28,092 bases of DNA from Octopus sinensis (Eukaryota), in assembly GCF_006345805.1 (NCBI RefSeq), contig NW_021833381.1, forward strand, positions 1 through 28,092. The letters run 5' to 3'. Position 1 is the first letter of the stretch, and every line of letters begins with the position of its first letter. The notes under the pieces were generated by a model. That model was given only the letters and a program-made list of their open reading frames with translations. It had not been told where the DNA came from and did no database searches. Shown one piece after another: positions 10,024 to 20,227 of this stretch. The position numbers were made by a program, and so were the translations under genes.

Positions 10024-10440
10024 GGCGCAGGAGTGGCTGTGTGGTAAGTAGCTTGCTAACCAACCACATGGTTCCGGGTTCAGTCCCACTGCGTGGCATC
10101 TTGGGCAAGAGTCTTCTGCTATAGCCCCGGGCTGACCAATGCCTTGTGAGTGGATTTGGTAGACAGAAACTGAAAGAAGCCTGTCATATATATGCATGTA
10201 TATATATGTATGTGTGTGTGTTTGTGTGTCTGTGTTTGTCCCCCTAGCATTGCTTGACAACCGATGCTGGTGTGTTTACGTCCCCGTCACTTAGCGGTTC
10301 GGCAAAAGAGACCGATAGAATAAGTACTGGGCTTACAAAGAATAAGTCCCGGGGTCGATTTGCTGCTCGACTAATGGCGGTGCTCCAGCATAGCCGCAGT
10401 CAAATGACTGAAACAAGTAAAAGAGTAAAAGAGTAAAGAG
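10024..10440 (+). mobile_element. SINE family 1, full-length
   Basis: Starts ggcgcaggagtggctgtgtggt (A-box-like), then ggttcagtccc (B box), cttgggcaagagtcttct (CORE-like), (TA/TG)n linker, and a 3' module ending in (GTAAAAGA)n. Confidence 0.92.
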
Positions 10441-10614
10441 AGAGAGAAATGTTTGGCAGCGAATAGATGGAGGAAGGGGCTCTGCGTGGCTGTAACATTT
10501 GCTAAAAATAGCAGTCAAAGAAGTGAGGAAGGTGAGGAAGGACGAAAAGCACAGTTGATCGTTGATATCGGCTTGAATTGGTTGGAAGCAGTGCTTCAGT
10601 TGGACATACGGGTA

Positions 10615-10850
10615 TCTCTCTTTCTCTCTCTCTCTTTTACTTGTTTTGGTCATTTGACTGCGGCCATGCTGGAGCACCGCCTTTAGCCGAGCAAATCGAC
10701 CCCGGGACTTATTCTTTGTAAGCCCAGTACTTATTCTATCGGTCTCTTTTGCCGAACCGCTAAATGACGGGGACGTAAACACACCAGCATCGGTTGTCAA
10801 GCAATGCTAGGGGGACAAACACAGACACGCAAACATATACACACACATAC

Positions 10851-10948
<98 letters not shown>

Positions 10949-11111
10949 CGACAGGCGTCTTTCAGTTTCCGTCTACCAAATCCACTCACAAGGCTTTGGT
11001 CAGCCCGAGTCCATAGCAGAAGACACTTGCCCAAGATGCCACGCAGTGGGACTGAACCCGGAACCATGTGGCTGGTAAGCAAGCTACTTACCACACAGCC
11101 ACTTCTGCGCC
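10615..11111 (-). mobile_element. SINE family 1, full-length, opposite orientation
   Basis: Reverse complement of 10024-10440 with an expanded (TA)n linker of about 120 bp. Confidence 0.92.
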
Positions 11112-11225
11112 TGCGTATGTGTGCATTCGTGTTTGATTGTTTACATACCTGTCACTTTTAGGTGTCACTTTCAGAACGATTAAATGAATGCCGTACTTGA
11201 ATCGAATGAGCGTCATACTTTGTCA

Positions 11226-11500
11226 TATAAATAAAAAATAAATAAATAAATGCGCCCTTTTAAAGCCTAGCCAGGCTCATGGGTCCGGTTTCCCGGTTTC
11301 TATGGCATATGTGTTCCCCAGCTGGACGGGACGCCAGTCCATCGCAGCGTTACTCATTTTTGCCAGCTGAGTGGACTGGGGCAACGTGAAATGAAGTGTT
11401 TTGCTCAAGAACACAAAGCGTCACCAGGTCCAGGAATCGAAACCACAATCTTACGATCATGATGCCGACACCCTAACCACTAAGCCACGCGCCTTCACTA
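11226..11500 (-). mobile_element. tRNA-derived SINE A (Meta/CORE-like central domain, tail X) with candidate 9-bp TSD
   Basis: Minus-strand head gtgaaggcgcgTGGCTTAGTGGttagg...GTTTCGATTCC has clear A and B boxes. Core gtgttcttgagcaaaacac...ccactcagctggcaaaaatgagt; (TTTA)n tail. actttgtca occurs at 11217-11225 and 11501-11509. Confidence 0.85.
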
Positions 11501-11578
11501 ACTTTGTCAAGTACAGAAACGTAAATAAGTAAATAAATAACTTCAGGTTTTCCTTGCTTGGAAGTTCGTATTAAAAAC

Positions 11579-11901
11579 TGGCTCTCCGTCGGTTACGACG
11601 ACGAGTGTTCCTGTTGATCCGATCAACGGAACGGCCAGCTCGTGAAATTAACATGCAAGTGGCTGAGCACTCCACAGACACCTGCACCTTTAACGTAATT
11701 CTCAGGAGATTCAGCGAGACACAGAATGTGACAAATCTGGTCTTTTGAATTACAGGTATGACTCATTTTTTGCCAGCCAAGTGGACAGGAGCAACGTGAA
11801 ATAAAGTATCTTGCTCAAAGACACAAGGCACTGCAAGGTATCGAACTCACGACCTTACGATCTTGAGCTGAATACCTTGATCATTAGCCACGCGCCTTCA
11901 C
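11579..11901 (-). mobile_element. tRNA-derived SINE B (same head and core as SINE A, different tail Y)
   Basis: Head gtgaaggcgcgtggctaatg...agttcgatacc. The core at 11761-11830 is near-identical to 11353-11420, while the 3' part is unrelated to SINE A. Confidence 0.8.
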
Positions 11902-12206
11902 AGAAGTTCATATATGAGTATTTGGAACAGGGGAAGAATTGTCTGCGAAGGTCGTAGGAGTAAGCCCCTTGTTCAGAACAGACCTTGTTTGATGGATTCC
12001 TGAAGGCCACAAACACAACTCCTTCCTCAGTGTTGAACCACTCAGAAAAGCAAAGACACTGATGGCAGAATCGGTAAAGGAATAAGCAAAGCACATTTAC
12101 ATTTTGACAATTGCAACAGAACCAGCTGCGGATCGATCTTGGTTATGGAACGATCAGTTGCCATCTTTATATTACGCTTTTACTACGTAACAGTTACAGC
12201 ACAACT

Positions 12207-12490
12207 GTGGAGTTACAGTTCTTGTTCTAGAGCAATGAGCTGCAGTTTTTGTATCACACCATAACTGTGTGACAGTCAGAACACAGCTAGGGAAGTTACA
12301 GCTGTTGTTACAGAGCAAACAGCGGCAATCCTTGTGCCACACTGTACTATATATTAGTCACAACAGAACAAACTTTGTTACACAGCAAACAATTGCAGTC
12401 CTTTTATCACACTGTAACTAAGTCTCACTCCCAACACGCCTTGGGGAATTATAGCTCTTGTTACAGAACAAATAATTGCAATACAGCCTA
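12207..12490. repeat. Degenerate minisatellite, about 83-bp unit x 4
   Basis: The anchor ttgtt(a/c) recurs at 12222, 12305, 12375 and 12458 with similar context (agttacagNNNttgttacagagcaa...gcagt...tatcacac). Confidence 0.6.
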
Positions 12491-12529
12491 CATGTACTCA
12501 ATTCGTGCAGCAGAGTGTTTCATTGTTTT

Positions 12530-13124
12530 TTATTGCCTACAAGGGGCTAAACACAGAGGGGACAAACAAGGACAGACAAATAAATTAAGTCGATTATATC
12601 GACCCCCAGTACGTAACTGCTACTTATTTAATCGACCCCGAAAGTATGAAAGGCAAAGTCGACCTCGGCGGAATTTGAACTCAGAACGTAGCGGCAGACG
12701 AAATACCTATTTCTTTACTATCCCCGAGGGGCTAAACACAGAGGGGACAAACAAGAACAGACAAATAAATTAAGTCGATTATATCGATCCCCAGTACGTA
12801 ACTGCTACTTATTTAATCGACCCCGAAAGTATGAAAGGCAAAGTCGACCTCGGCGGAATTTGAACTCAGAACGTCGCGGCAGACGAAATACCTATTTCTT
12901 TACTATCACCAAGGGGCTAAACACAGAGGGGACAAACAAGGACAGACAAATGAATTAAGTCGATTATATCGACCCCCAGTGCGTAACTGCTACTTATTTA
13001 ATCGACCCCGAAAGTATGAAAGGCAAAGTCGACTTCGGCGGAATTTGATCTCAGAACGTAGCGGTAGACGAAATACGGCTACGCATTTCGCCCGGTGTGC
13101 TAACGTTTCTGCCAGCTCGCCGCC
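12530..13124 (-). mobile_element. Nin-like SINE present as a 3 x 185-bp tandem multimer with a single 5' head
   Basis: aggggctaaac starts at 12542, 12727 and 12912 (exact 185-bp period). The head ggcggcgagctggcagaaacgttagc is present once, at 13090-13124. Confidence 0.92.
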
Positions 13125-13213
13125 TTATAGTGTTACAATATCATATTGTAACAGTGTAACAGTATGACAATGTTACTGTGTCAAAGTGCTGTTAGATAAT
13201 TGCTCACAAGATA

Positions 13214-13727
13214 GGCGCAGGCGCGGATGTGTGGCAAAGGAGCTTGCTTCCCAATCACATGGTTCCGGGTTCAGTCTCACTGCATGGCGGCACCTTGGGC
13301 AAGAGCCTTCTGCTATAGCCTCGGGCGAACCAAAGCCTTATGAGTTGATTTGGTAGTATGTGTGTGTGTGTGTCAGTGTACGTGTTCGTGTGTGAGTATC
13401 TTTGCGTCTGTGTTTGGCTTCCACAACCGTTTAACAACCGATGTTAGTGTGTTTACGTTCTCGTAACTTAGCTTTTCGACAAAAGACAATGATAGAATCA
13501 GTACCAGGCTTTTAAAAAATAAGTGTTTGACCCCCCACCCACCCAACCATCGCTTGACAACCGATGGTGGTGTGTTTATGTACCGTAACTTAGCGGTTCG
13601 GCAAAAGAACGATAGAATAAGTACTAGGCTTACAAAGAATATCTCCTGAGGCTGATTCCTTCGACTAAAATTCTGCAAGGCGGTGCCCCAGTATGGCCGC
13701 AGTCTAGTGACTGAAACAAATAAAAGA
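13214..13727 (+). mobile_element. SINE family 1, diverged, with duplicated 3' sub-module
   Basis: Head ggcgcaggcgcggatgtgtgg. The caaccgatg...gtaacttagc...gatagaat block occurs twice (about 13408-13525 and 13530-13650). Tail gactgaaacaaataaaaga. Confidence 0.85.
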
Positions 13728-13739
13728 TTACAAAATTTA

Positions 13740-13985
13740 TGTAACATATTAAAGCGTGACAGAATTAGTGCTACAGTATCACAATGTAACATCATCGCTA
13801 TATTACAGCTATGTTACATTGTACCCGTATCGTAGTGTTACAATACCACGATGTAGCATCATGACACAGTGTGTAACACGGTGTCACATCAGCGCTCTGT
13901 GTTACAGTGTTACAGTACCACAACGTTACAATACCACGGTTGTAACAAGACCTCACAATGTTACTGTGTGTAACATAACGTAAGA
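13740..13985. repeat. Cryptic degenerate TGTTACA/TGTAACA short-period repeat
   Basis: Many tgttaca/tgtaaca words; the same texture appears at 13125-13200 and 12170-12490. Confidence 0.55.
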
Positions 13986-14109
13986 AATTGGTAAGCAGCC
14001 GTGTAGGTTTGGCAACAATTATTGGAGGATGGAATTGGAGAGAGATTCGAGAAATAACTGGCAGAGCTTCGCAAGAATATATCGTTCGAAAATGACGGGA
14101 GAAATCATG

Positions 14110-14680
14110 AAGAATGGGTGATGGTGAGAGGAGTAAAAGGAGCTAGGGGGGGCGAGAGGGAAATGTGAAGGTGGGAGTGAAGGATAAGGAAAAGGTCGAA
14201 GAGGAAAGGAAGAAAGAGAAAGATGAAGAGGGGGAGGAGTTGAGGAAGTGGTGGAGATGGAAGAAGAGGAGGAGGAGGAGGAGGAGGAGGAGAGGAGGAA
14301 GGGAAGAGATAGGAGGGGAGAGAAGGAGGATAAAGGGGAGGAGGAGGAAAGGAAGGAGGAGGAGGAGGAAAGGAAGGAGGAGGAGGAGAGGAGGGGAGGA
14401 GGGGGAGGAGGGGAGGAGTGGGAGGAGGAGGAAAGAGGAGGAGGAAGTGGACGAGAAAGGGGAGGAGGGGGAAAGGAAGTGAAGATGGTGGTGGTGGTGA
14501 CGATTGTGGCGGTGACGGTGGTGATGAAAGAGGAGGAGGGAAGGTGAGAGAGGTGCGGTTAAGAGGAGGAGTGGTGGAGGAGGTTAGAGAGAAAATGATG
14601 AGATGATAATGGGGTGATGACGATTACAATGTCCGAGATGATGAGGAAGAGCAGGAGGAAGAGAGGAAGAGGAAATTAAA
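14110..14680. repeat. Purine-rich (GGA)n/(GAG)n low-complexity tract
   Basis: Direct inspection; source of the poly-E and poly-R ORFs. Confidence 0.9.
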
Positions 14681-14699
14681 GAAAAAATTCGAAGATAAT

Positions 14700-14922
14700 G
14701 GCTGTATTAATGATGATGATGGTGGCAACGACTATATTGAGAAGTTTAAAGATGATGATGATGAAAATAATAGTAATTATGGTGGTGGTGGTGGTGGTGG
14801 TGGTAATGATAATGATGATGATGATGATGATGATGAAGATTATGACGGGGGTAACGATGATGATGATGATGACGATGATGATGATGATGACATCGATAAT
14901 GATGATGATGATGATGATGATT

Positions 14923-14954
<32 letters not shown>

Positions 14955-14967
14955 GGTGGTGGTGGTA

Positions 14968-15007
<40 letters not shown>

Positions 15008-15175
15008 CGATGATGATGATGGGGATGATGGGGATGATGAAGATTATGACGGAGGTGACGATGATGATGATGACGATGATGATGATTACATCGATAATGA
15101 TGATGATGATGATGGTGGTGATGATGGTGGTGATTAACGTCCACGACGATGACGGCGACATCACCGATAATGATG
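14700..15175. repeat. (GAT)n/(GGT)n array with an internal duplication of about 204 bp
   Basis: gaagattatgacgg...acatcgataatgat at 14835 and 15039. Confidence 0.9.
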
Positions 15176-15518
15176 GTACGTCATTATCATTAACCAGTCC
15201 ATTAATAACTATTAATGAGATAAACAAATAAATATTTATAATATTTATAATAATATCCTTTCTGTCACTTGTGTCACAAACAGAAACACAAACGTTGCTT
15301 TTTCTTTGTTTTTGCTTTTTCAAATAATTTGCTTTCTTCTTTTTTCATTTTTTTTTTTGTTTTTGTATTTTGTATTTCTCGATTGTCGTTTCACTTTGAC
15401 ATTTTGTTTCATACAATAATATTTTTTAATATTTCGGGTATGTTCTTTACCTTTAGAAGTTCTTTCACAAAATCTATTGCCGTATCTAAAGTTTATACGT
15501 GTTTTGAATGGGCTATAG

Positions 15519-15568
<50 letters not shown>

Positions 15569-15569
15569 T

Positions 15570-15696
15570 CCAAACATGAAAACACAAAGAGAAAACACAA
15601 CAACGCGAGGACGTGGAACAAGTATAGTGTTATTGGACGCTCAGGAAAGAAGGAAAGAAGGAGGGTTTAACGTTTCGAGCGGAGCTCTTCGTCATG
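15570..15696 (-). mobile_element. Penelope-like terminal fragment with truncated minimal hammerhead motif
   Basis: The minus strand of 15663-15695 reads ATGACGA-A-GAGC tcc GCTC-GAAA-CGT-T-AAACCC, the same architecture as 218-253. Confidence 0.55.
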
Positions 15697-15745
15697 TTGT
15701 ATGTATGTGTGTGTGTGCGTATATATATATATATATATATATATA

Positions 15746-15902
15746 TACGACAGGCTTCTCTCAGTTTCCGTCTACCAAATCCACTCACAAGGCTTTGGTC
15801 AGCTCGAGGCTTTGGCAGAAGACACTTGCCCAAGATGCCACGCAGTGGGACTGAACCCGGAGCCATGTGGTTGGTAAGCAAGCTACTTATCACACAGCTG
15901 CT
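15746..15902 (-). mobile_element. SINE family 1, 5' module only
   Basis: Near-identical to 10947-11100. Confidence 0.9.
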
Positions 15903-16142
15903 CATATATATATATATATATATATATACATCAGTTAGAGTTTTCAGGAAAAGTGATCAATCAATAAACTTGAAAAATACAAATTCAGTCTGCATGAGGA
16001 AGAGTAAAACTATGCGAGTATTTCTCAATTTTAAAATGTGATATTGTTTTTGTTATCCACAATCTAAAAATTGAGTTGTGTATCTTTGTTAAAAACCAGC
16101 TCCTTCTTTGGATGTAGAATTTAAATAATTAACAGAAGAAAA

Positions 16143-16199
16143 CATACATAGACACATACATACATACATACATACATACATACATACATACATACATAC

Positions 16200-16236
<37 letters not shown>

Positions 16237-16255
16237 CATACATACATACATACAT
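16143..16255. repeat. (CATA)n microsatellite
   Basis: Direct inspection. Confidence 0.95.
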
Positions 16256-16260
16256 GTCTG

Positions 16261-16555
16261 TTCCTTCACGAGCCATCCCTGGCTCATAGGGCCGGTTTCC
16301 CGGTTTCCTTGGCGTATAGGTTCCCCACCTGGACGGGACGCCGGTCCGTCGCAGGTGAGCTGCAAGATGCAGGAGGAAAGAGTGAGAGAAAGTTGTCTCG
16401 AAAGAGTCAGCAGAAGTTCGCCATTACCTTCTGCTAAGCAAGGTGGATCTTAGGTGTTTCGCTCATAAACACACACATCACCCGGTCTGAGATTCGAACC
16501 CGCGATACCTCGACCGCGAGTCCTCTGCTCTAACCACTAGGCCATGTGCCTCCAC
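16261..16555 (-). mobile_element. tRNA-derived SINE C (distinct middle, tail X shared with SINE A)
   Basis: Head gtggaggcacaTGGCCTAGTGGttagagc...GGTTCGAATCtc. Plus-strand ggctcatagggccggtttcccggtttcc...ctggacgggacgccggtccgtcgcag matches 11275-11348. Confidence 0.85.
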
Positions 16556-16589
16556 ACAGATACAAATCAATTGTTGTCTTGCATGTTGG

Positions 16590-16720
16590 TCGATAAGTCG
16601 GTTGGTCGGTCTGTTGGTTGGCTGGCTGGTTCGTTCGTGGTTTCGTTGGCTGGTGGGCTGGTGAGCTGGTTGGCTAGTTGGCTGGTTGGCTGGTTGGCTG
16701 GTCGGCTGGCTGGTGGATCG
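16590..16720. repeat. Degenerate (TGGC/TGGT)n array
   Basis: Direct inspection. Confidence 0.8.
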
Positions 16721-17639
16721 ACTGTCTGCGTGAAGCAGACAAGTAGACAAGCCGACAAGAAGGACAAGTGCTGAGTCTCAAATGAGGATGACGTTGATAA
16801 AAGCCATTTGGGTTTATATATTTATAATTTTCCCGGCATACCTTTCACTTAGCATTTCGGTAACGACAACAACAGCAAGAACACAACAACAAAAGAAAAC
16901 ATAGGAAGAAAAAAGAACAGAAATTGGGCGGCTATTAAGGTGATGATGGTCGCGAATTGACAATTTATTTCTAAACTCAGCTAACGACTACTTGTAGAGT
17001 GCAGCGATAAATGAAGATTTCTAAATAATTCTTCAGATCTTTGTCTATGGAACATTCCAGTATTCAACATCAAACCGACCGACCGACCCAACCCCACCCA
17101 CCTCCGTTTCCTCTCGACTCACCGCCACTCCTCGCTTTACTGACGAGACGGCTTTCGTTAATTCTTCGTATCTTTCTGTGATTTTTTTCTTTTCTTTTTT
17201 CCTTTCTTGCTATCTTTTCTCCCTTTTTTTCATTTCACACTTGATGTTGTAGTGGTGGTGGTGGTGGAGGAGGTGATGGTGGTGGGGGCGGTGGTGGTAG
17301 TGGTGGTAGGGGTGGTGGTGGTGGTGGTGGTGTGTGTGTGTATTATAGAATGGTAGAAATGTGTGAAATAAGAACGAGTAAGAGAAGATGGAGGTGCGGA
17401 AAGGAGAGAAGATAAGGGTGGGTTCGGGTTAGCTGCATAATTGTTATTGATGTAATTGTTATAGGGTCCTGTTTGTTAAGACACCCACAACTTGACAACA
17501 GGAACAACCCCTCCCCCACGAAACTACCCCACCTGCTACAAAGCGTACGCACAAACACACGCATACCCATACCTACATGACGAATACGCAAATGTATACA
17601 CAAAAACCACCCTCGTCTTTCTTCTTAATGTCTTATGTA

Positions 17640-17756
17640 CTTATACATACCAATAAGTTGGTGTATATGTGTATATGCGCGTATATGTATATATACAGAT
17701 GCGTATATACATATATACATATATATGTGCGTGTGTGTGTGTATGTATACGTATAT

Positions 17757-17803
<47 letters not shown>

Positions 17804-17939
17804 TATATATATAAATATATACATACATACTTATATACATACATATATTCGAATATATATATATATATATACACACACGCATACTATATATGCGAGTATG
17901 TATGTATGTTTAAATGTATAACGTACCTGCGTGCATATA

Positions 17940-17971
<32 letters not shown>

Positions 17972-18035
17972 GTACATATATATGTACACATATATATACA
18001 TATATATGTACTATATATATACATATATATGTACA

Positions 18036-18084
<49 letters not shown>

Positions 18085-18230
18085 TAATATATATATATAT
18101 ATACAGACACATATGTATGCATATGAGTATATGGTACATATATATATGTGTGAGTGTGTAAATGTACGAATGTAACTATATATGTATATACATATTCATG
18201 CGTGTGTGTGCGTGCACGTGTGTATAGACT
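17640..18230. repeat. Compound (TA)n/(TG)n microsatellite block
   Basis: Direct inspection. Confidence 0.9.
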
Positions 18231-18574
18231 GAGTAATTCCATATATATTCAGATACTCGAGAGGGGGCGGAAGGCGAAGGATGACAGCTAAATAAACTGT
18301 ATGGCTAAGGACGCTAAATCGTTCTATGGTTATTTTCACCACCAAAACTCAATAAAGGGCGACAGTGTTATATTATTCAAAGTTAAACATACAAAACGGA
18401 ACCAACAATAATAAGATGGCGGAGATTATACAGTAGAAGCAGCAGCCATGATGATGTTACGAACAAATGAGTAATTCAGTCGGAACACATGACACTGTAA
18501 ATAAAATATGGCAACTATCAAAAGACGGAGGGAAGAAGGAGGAGCAGGCAATTCTCCATCAAACCATGCATACA

Positions 18575-18601
18575 TCCAAACGTGTGTATAGACATATATG
18601 T

Positions 18602-18653
<52 letters not shown>

Positions 18654-18915
18654 TGGATTGTGTATATATATAATATATGTATATATATATATATATATAA
18701 TATATATATGTGTATGTATATGTATATGTATATGTGTATGTACGTGTATGTGTGTATGTGTAGGTATGTATAGGCACACATGTGTACGTATGGGTGTGTA
18801 TGTATATGTGTTTATGTACGTATGTGCACACATTTTATTTTTTATTTTTTTTTTTTTTTCTATTTTATTTTTATTTTTTATTTTTTATTTTTTTTTTTTT
18901 TAATTTTTTTATTTA
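18575..18915. repeat. Compound (TA)n/(TG)n block followed by T-rich tract
   Basis: Direct inspection. Confidence 0.9.
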
Positions 18916-19146
18916 TCTATTCTTTCATCTAACTTACCACTGACTCCTTTACCACTCCCCCAAGTATGAATTTTGCGCTATGCCTACCCCAAAAAAGTCC
19001 CCCACCACCACTCCTTTAACCTGCCTAAATGTATAAATGCTAATACAATTCTTGTTAAATAGCTTCCTGAAGATTTCTCTTGAATGAAACAGTACTAGTC
19101 CTGTAGAAGCTCCTTCTATATAATAAATAAATATTATATATATATA

Positions 19147-19189
<43 letters not shown>

Positions 19190-19479
19190 TAATATATATA
19201 TATATGTATGTATGTATGTATGTATTATACGCATGGGATCAAACAGGAGAAAACTACACGGTTACGAAAGGAATGTAATACTCATACTAGCGCCAATATA
19301 ATATATATTTAATATCTGTCTATAAAGAAAGTTGCTTATCAATTAGTTACGAATATGTAACTTTTACTAAAGGAAAGCAATTATTAAAGTCTACACTGTC
19401 TATCAGATTCTTCGAAATTCCAATTTTCATATATTTTTGACAAAATTGTCCTATAAATTATTATATTCTGAACTATATA

Positions 19480-19700
19480 CTCTTTACTCTTTTACTTGTT
19501 TCAGTCATTTGGCTATGGCCATGCTGGAGCACCGCCTTTTGTCGAGCTAATCGACCCCAGGGCTTATTCTTTGTAAGCCTAGTACTTATTCTATCGGTCT
19601 CTTTTGCCGAACCGCTAGGTAACGGGGACGTAAACACACCACCATCGGTTATCAAGCGATGTTGGGGGGACAAACACAGACACACAAACATATACACACA
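19480..19700 (-). mobile_element. SINE family 1, 3' module followed by expanded (TA)n linker
   Basis: tcttttacttgtttcagtcatttggctatggccatgctggagcaccgcc...gggggacaaacacagac aligns with 10632-10830. Confidence 0.9.
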
Positions 19701-19719
19701 CATGCATATATATACATAC

Positions 19720-19763
<44 letters not shown>

Positions 19764-19796
19764 ATATATAATATATATATTATATATATATATATA

Positions 19797-19833
<37 letters not shown>

Positions 19834-19835
<2 letters not shown>

Positions 19836-19990
19836 CGCAGGAGCGCTGTGTGGTAAAAAGCTTGCTTCCCAACCACGTGGTTCCGGGTTCAGTCCTACTG
19901 CGTAGCACCTGGGCAAGTGTTTTTTACTATAGTCTTGGGCCGACCAAAGTCTTGTCAGTAGATTTCATTGACGGAAACTAAAAGAAGCCC
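19834..19990 (+). mobile_element. SINE family 1, 5' module only, plus orientation
   Basis: ggcgcaggagcgctgtgtggt...ggttcagtcc...aaagaagccc. Confidence 0.88.
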
Positions 19991-20227
19991 AACAATTTGA
20001 CCTCTTGGAAAGTCTGATAGATCTGTCATTTTAATGAATTTTAATTACCTTTTTCTGATGATATCTGAAAAGAAACAGCAATTTTAGCAAAACATATTAA
20101 GCAACAGTAATAATAAATAAAAAGAAATATAAAAATAAACAAGCTTTTGACGATTTTATAGATATTTCAAAATTATGATGCTTTGATGCTAGGTGTTTCC
20201 ATTATTTTGTCCAAGCCCTGTATATAT

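Noticed and set aside
11855-12096. 79-aa and 62-aa minus-strand ORFs
   Set aside because: They run into a SINE head and show no homology or splice support that I can recognise.
12530-13124. Regularly spaced repeats as a CRISPR-like array
   Set aside because: Whole 185-bp units repeat with no unique spacers, in a eukaryotic SINE context.
14165-15323. Poly-E/R/G/M/I/H ORFs
   Set aside because: Low-complexity GGA and GAT arrays.
16485-16555. tRNA-like sequences with A and B boxes (also about 11430-11498 and 11835-11901)
   Set aside because: These are SINE heads continuing into SINE bodies with no full acceptor stem, not tRNA genes.
18255-18425. GC-box/ETS-like ggggcggaag and YY1-like aagatggcgg
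   Set aside because: Isolated short motifs expected by chance; no CpG island or adjacent exon.
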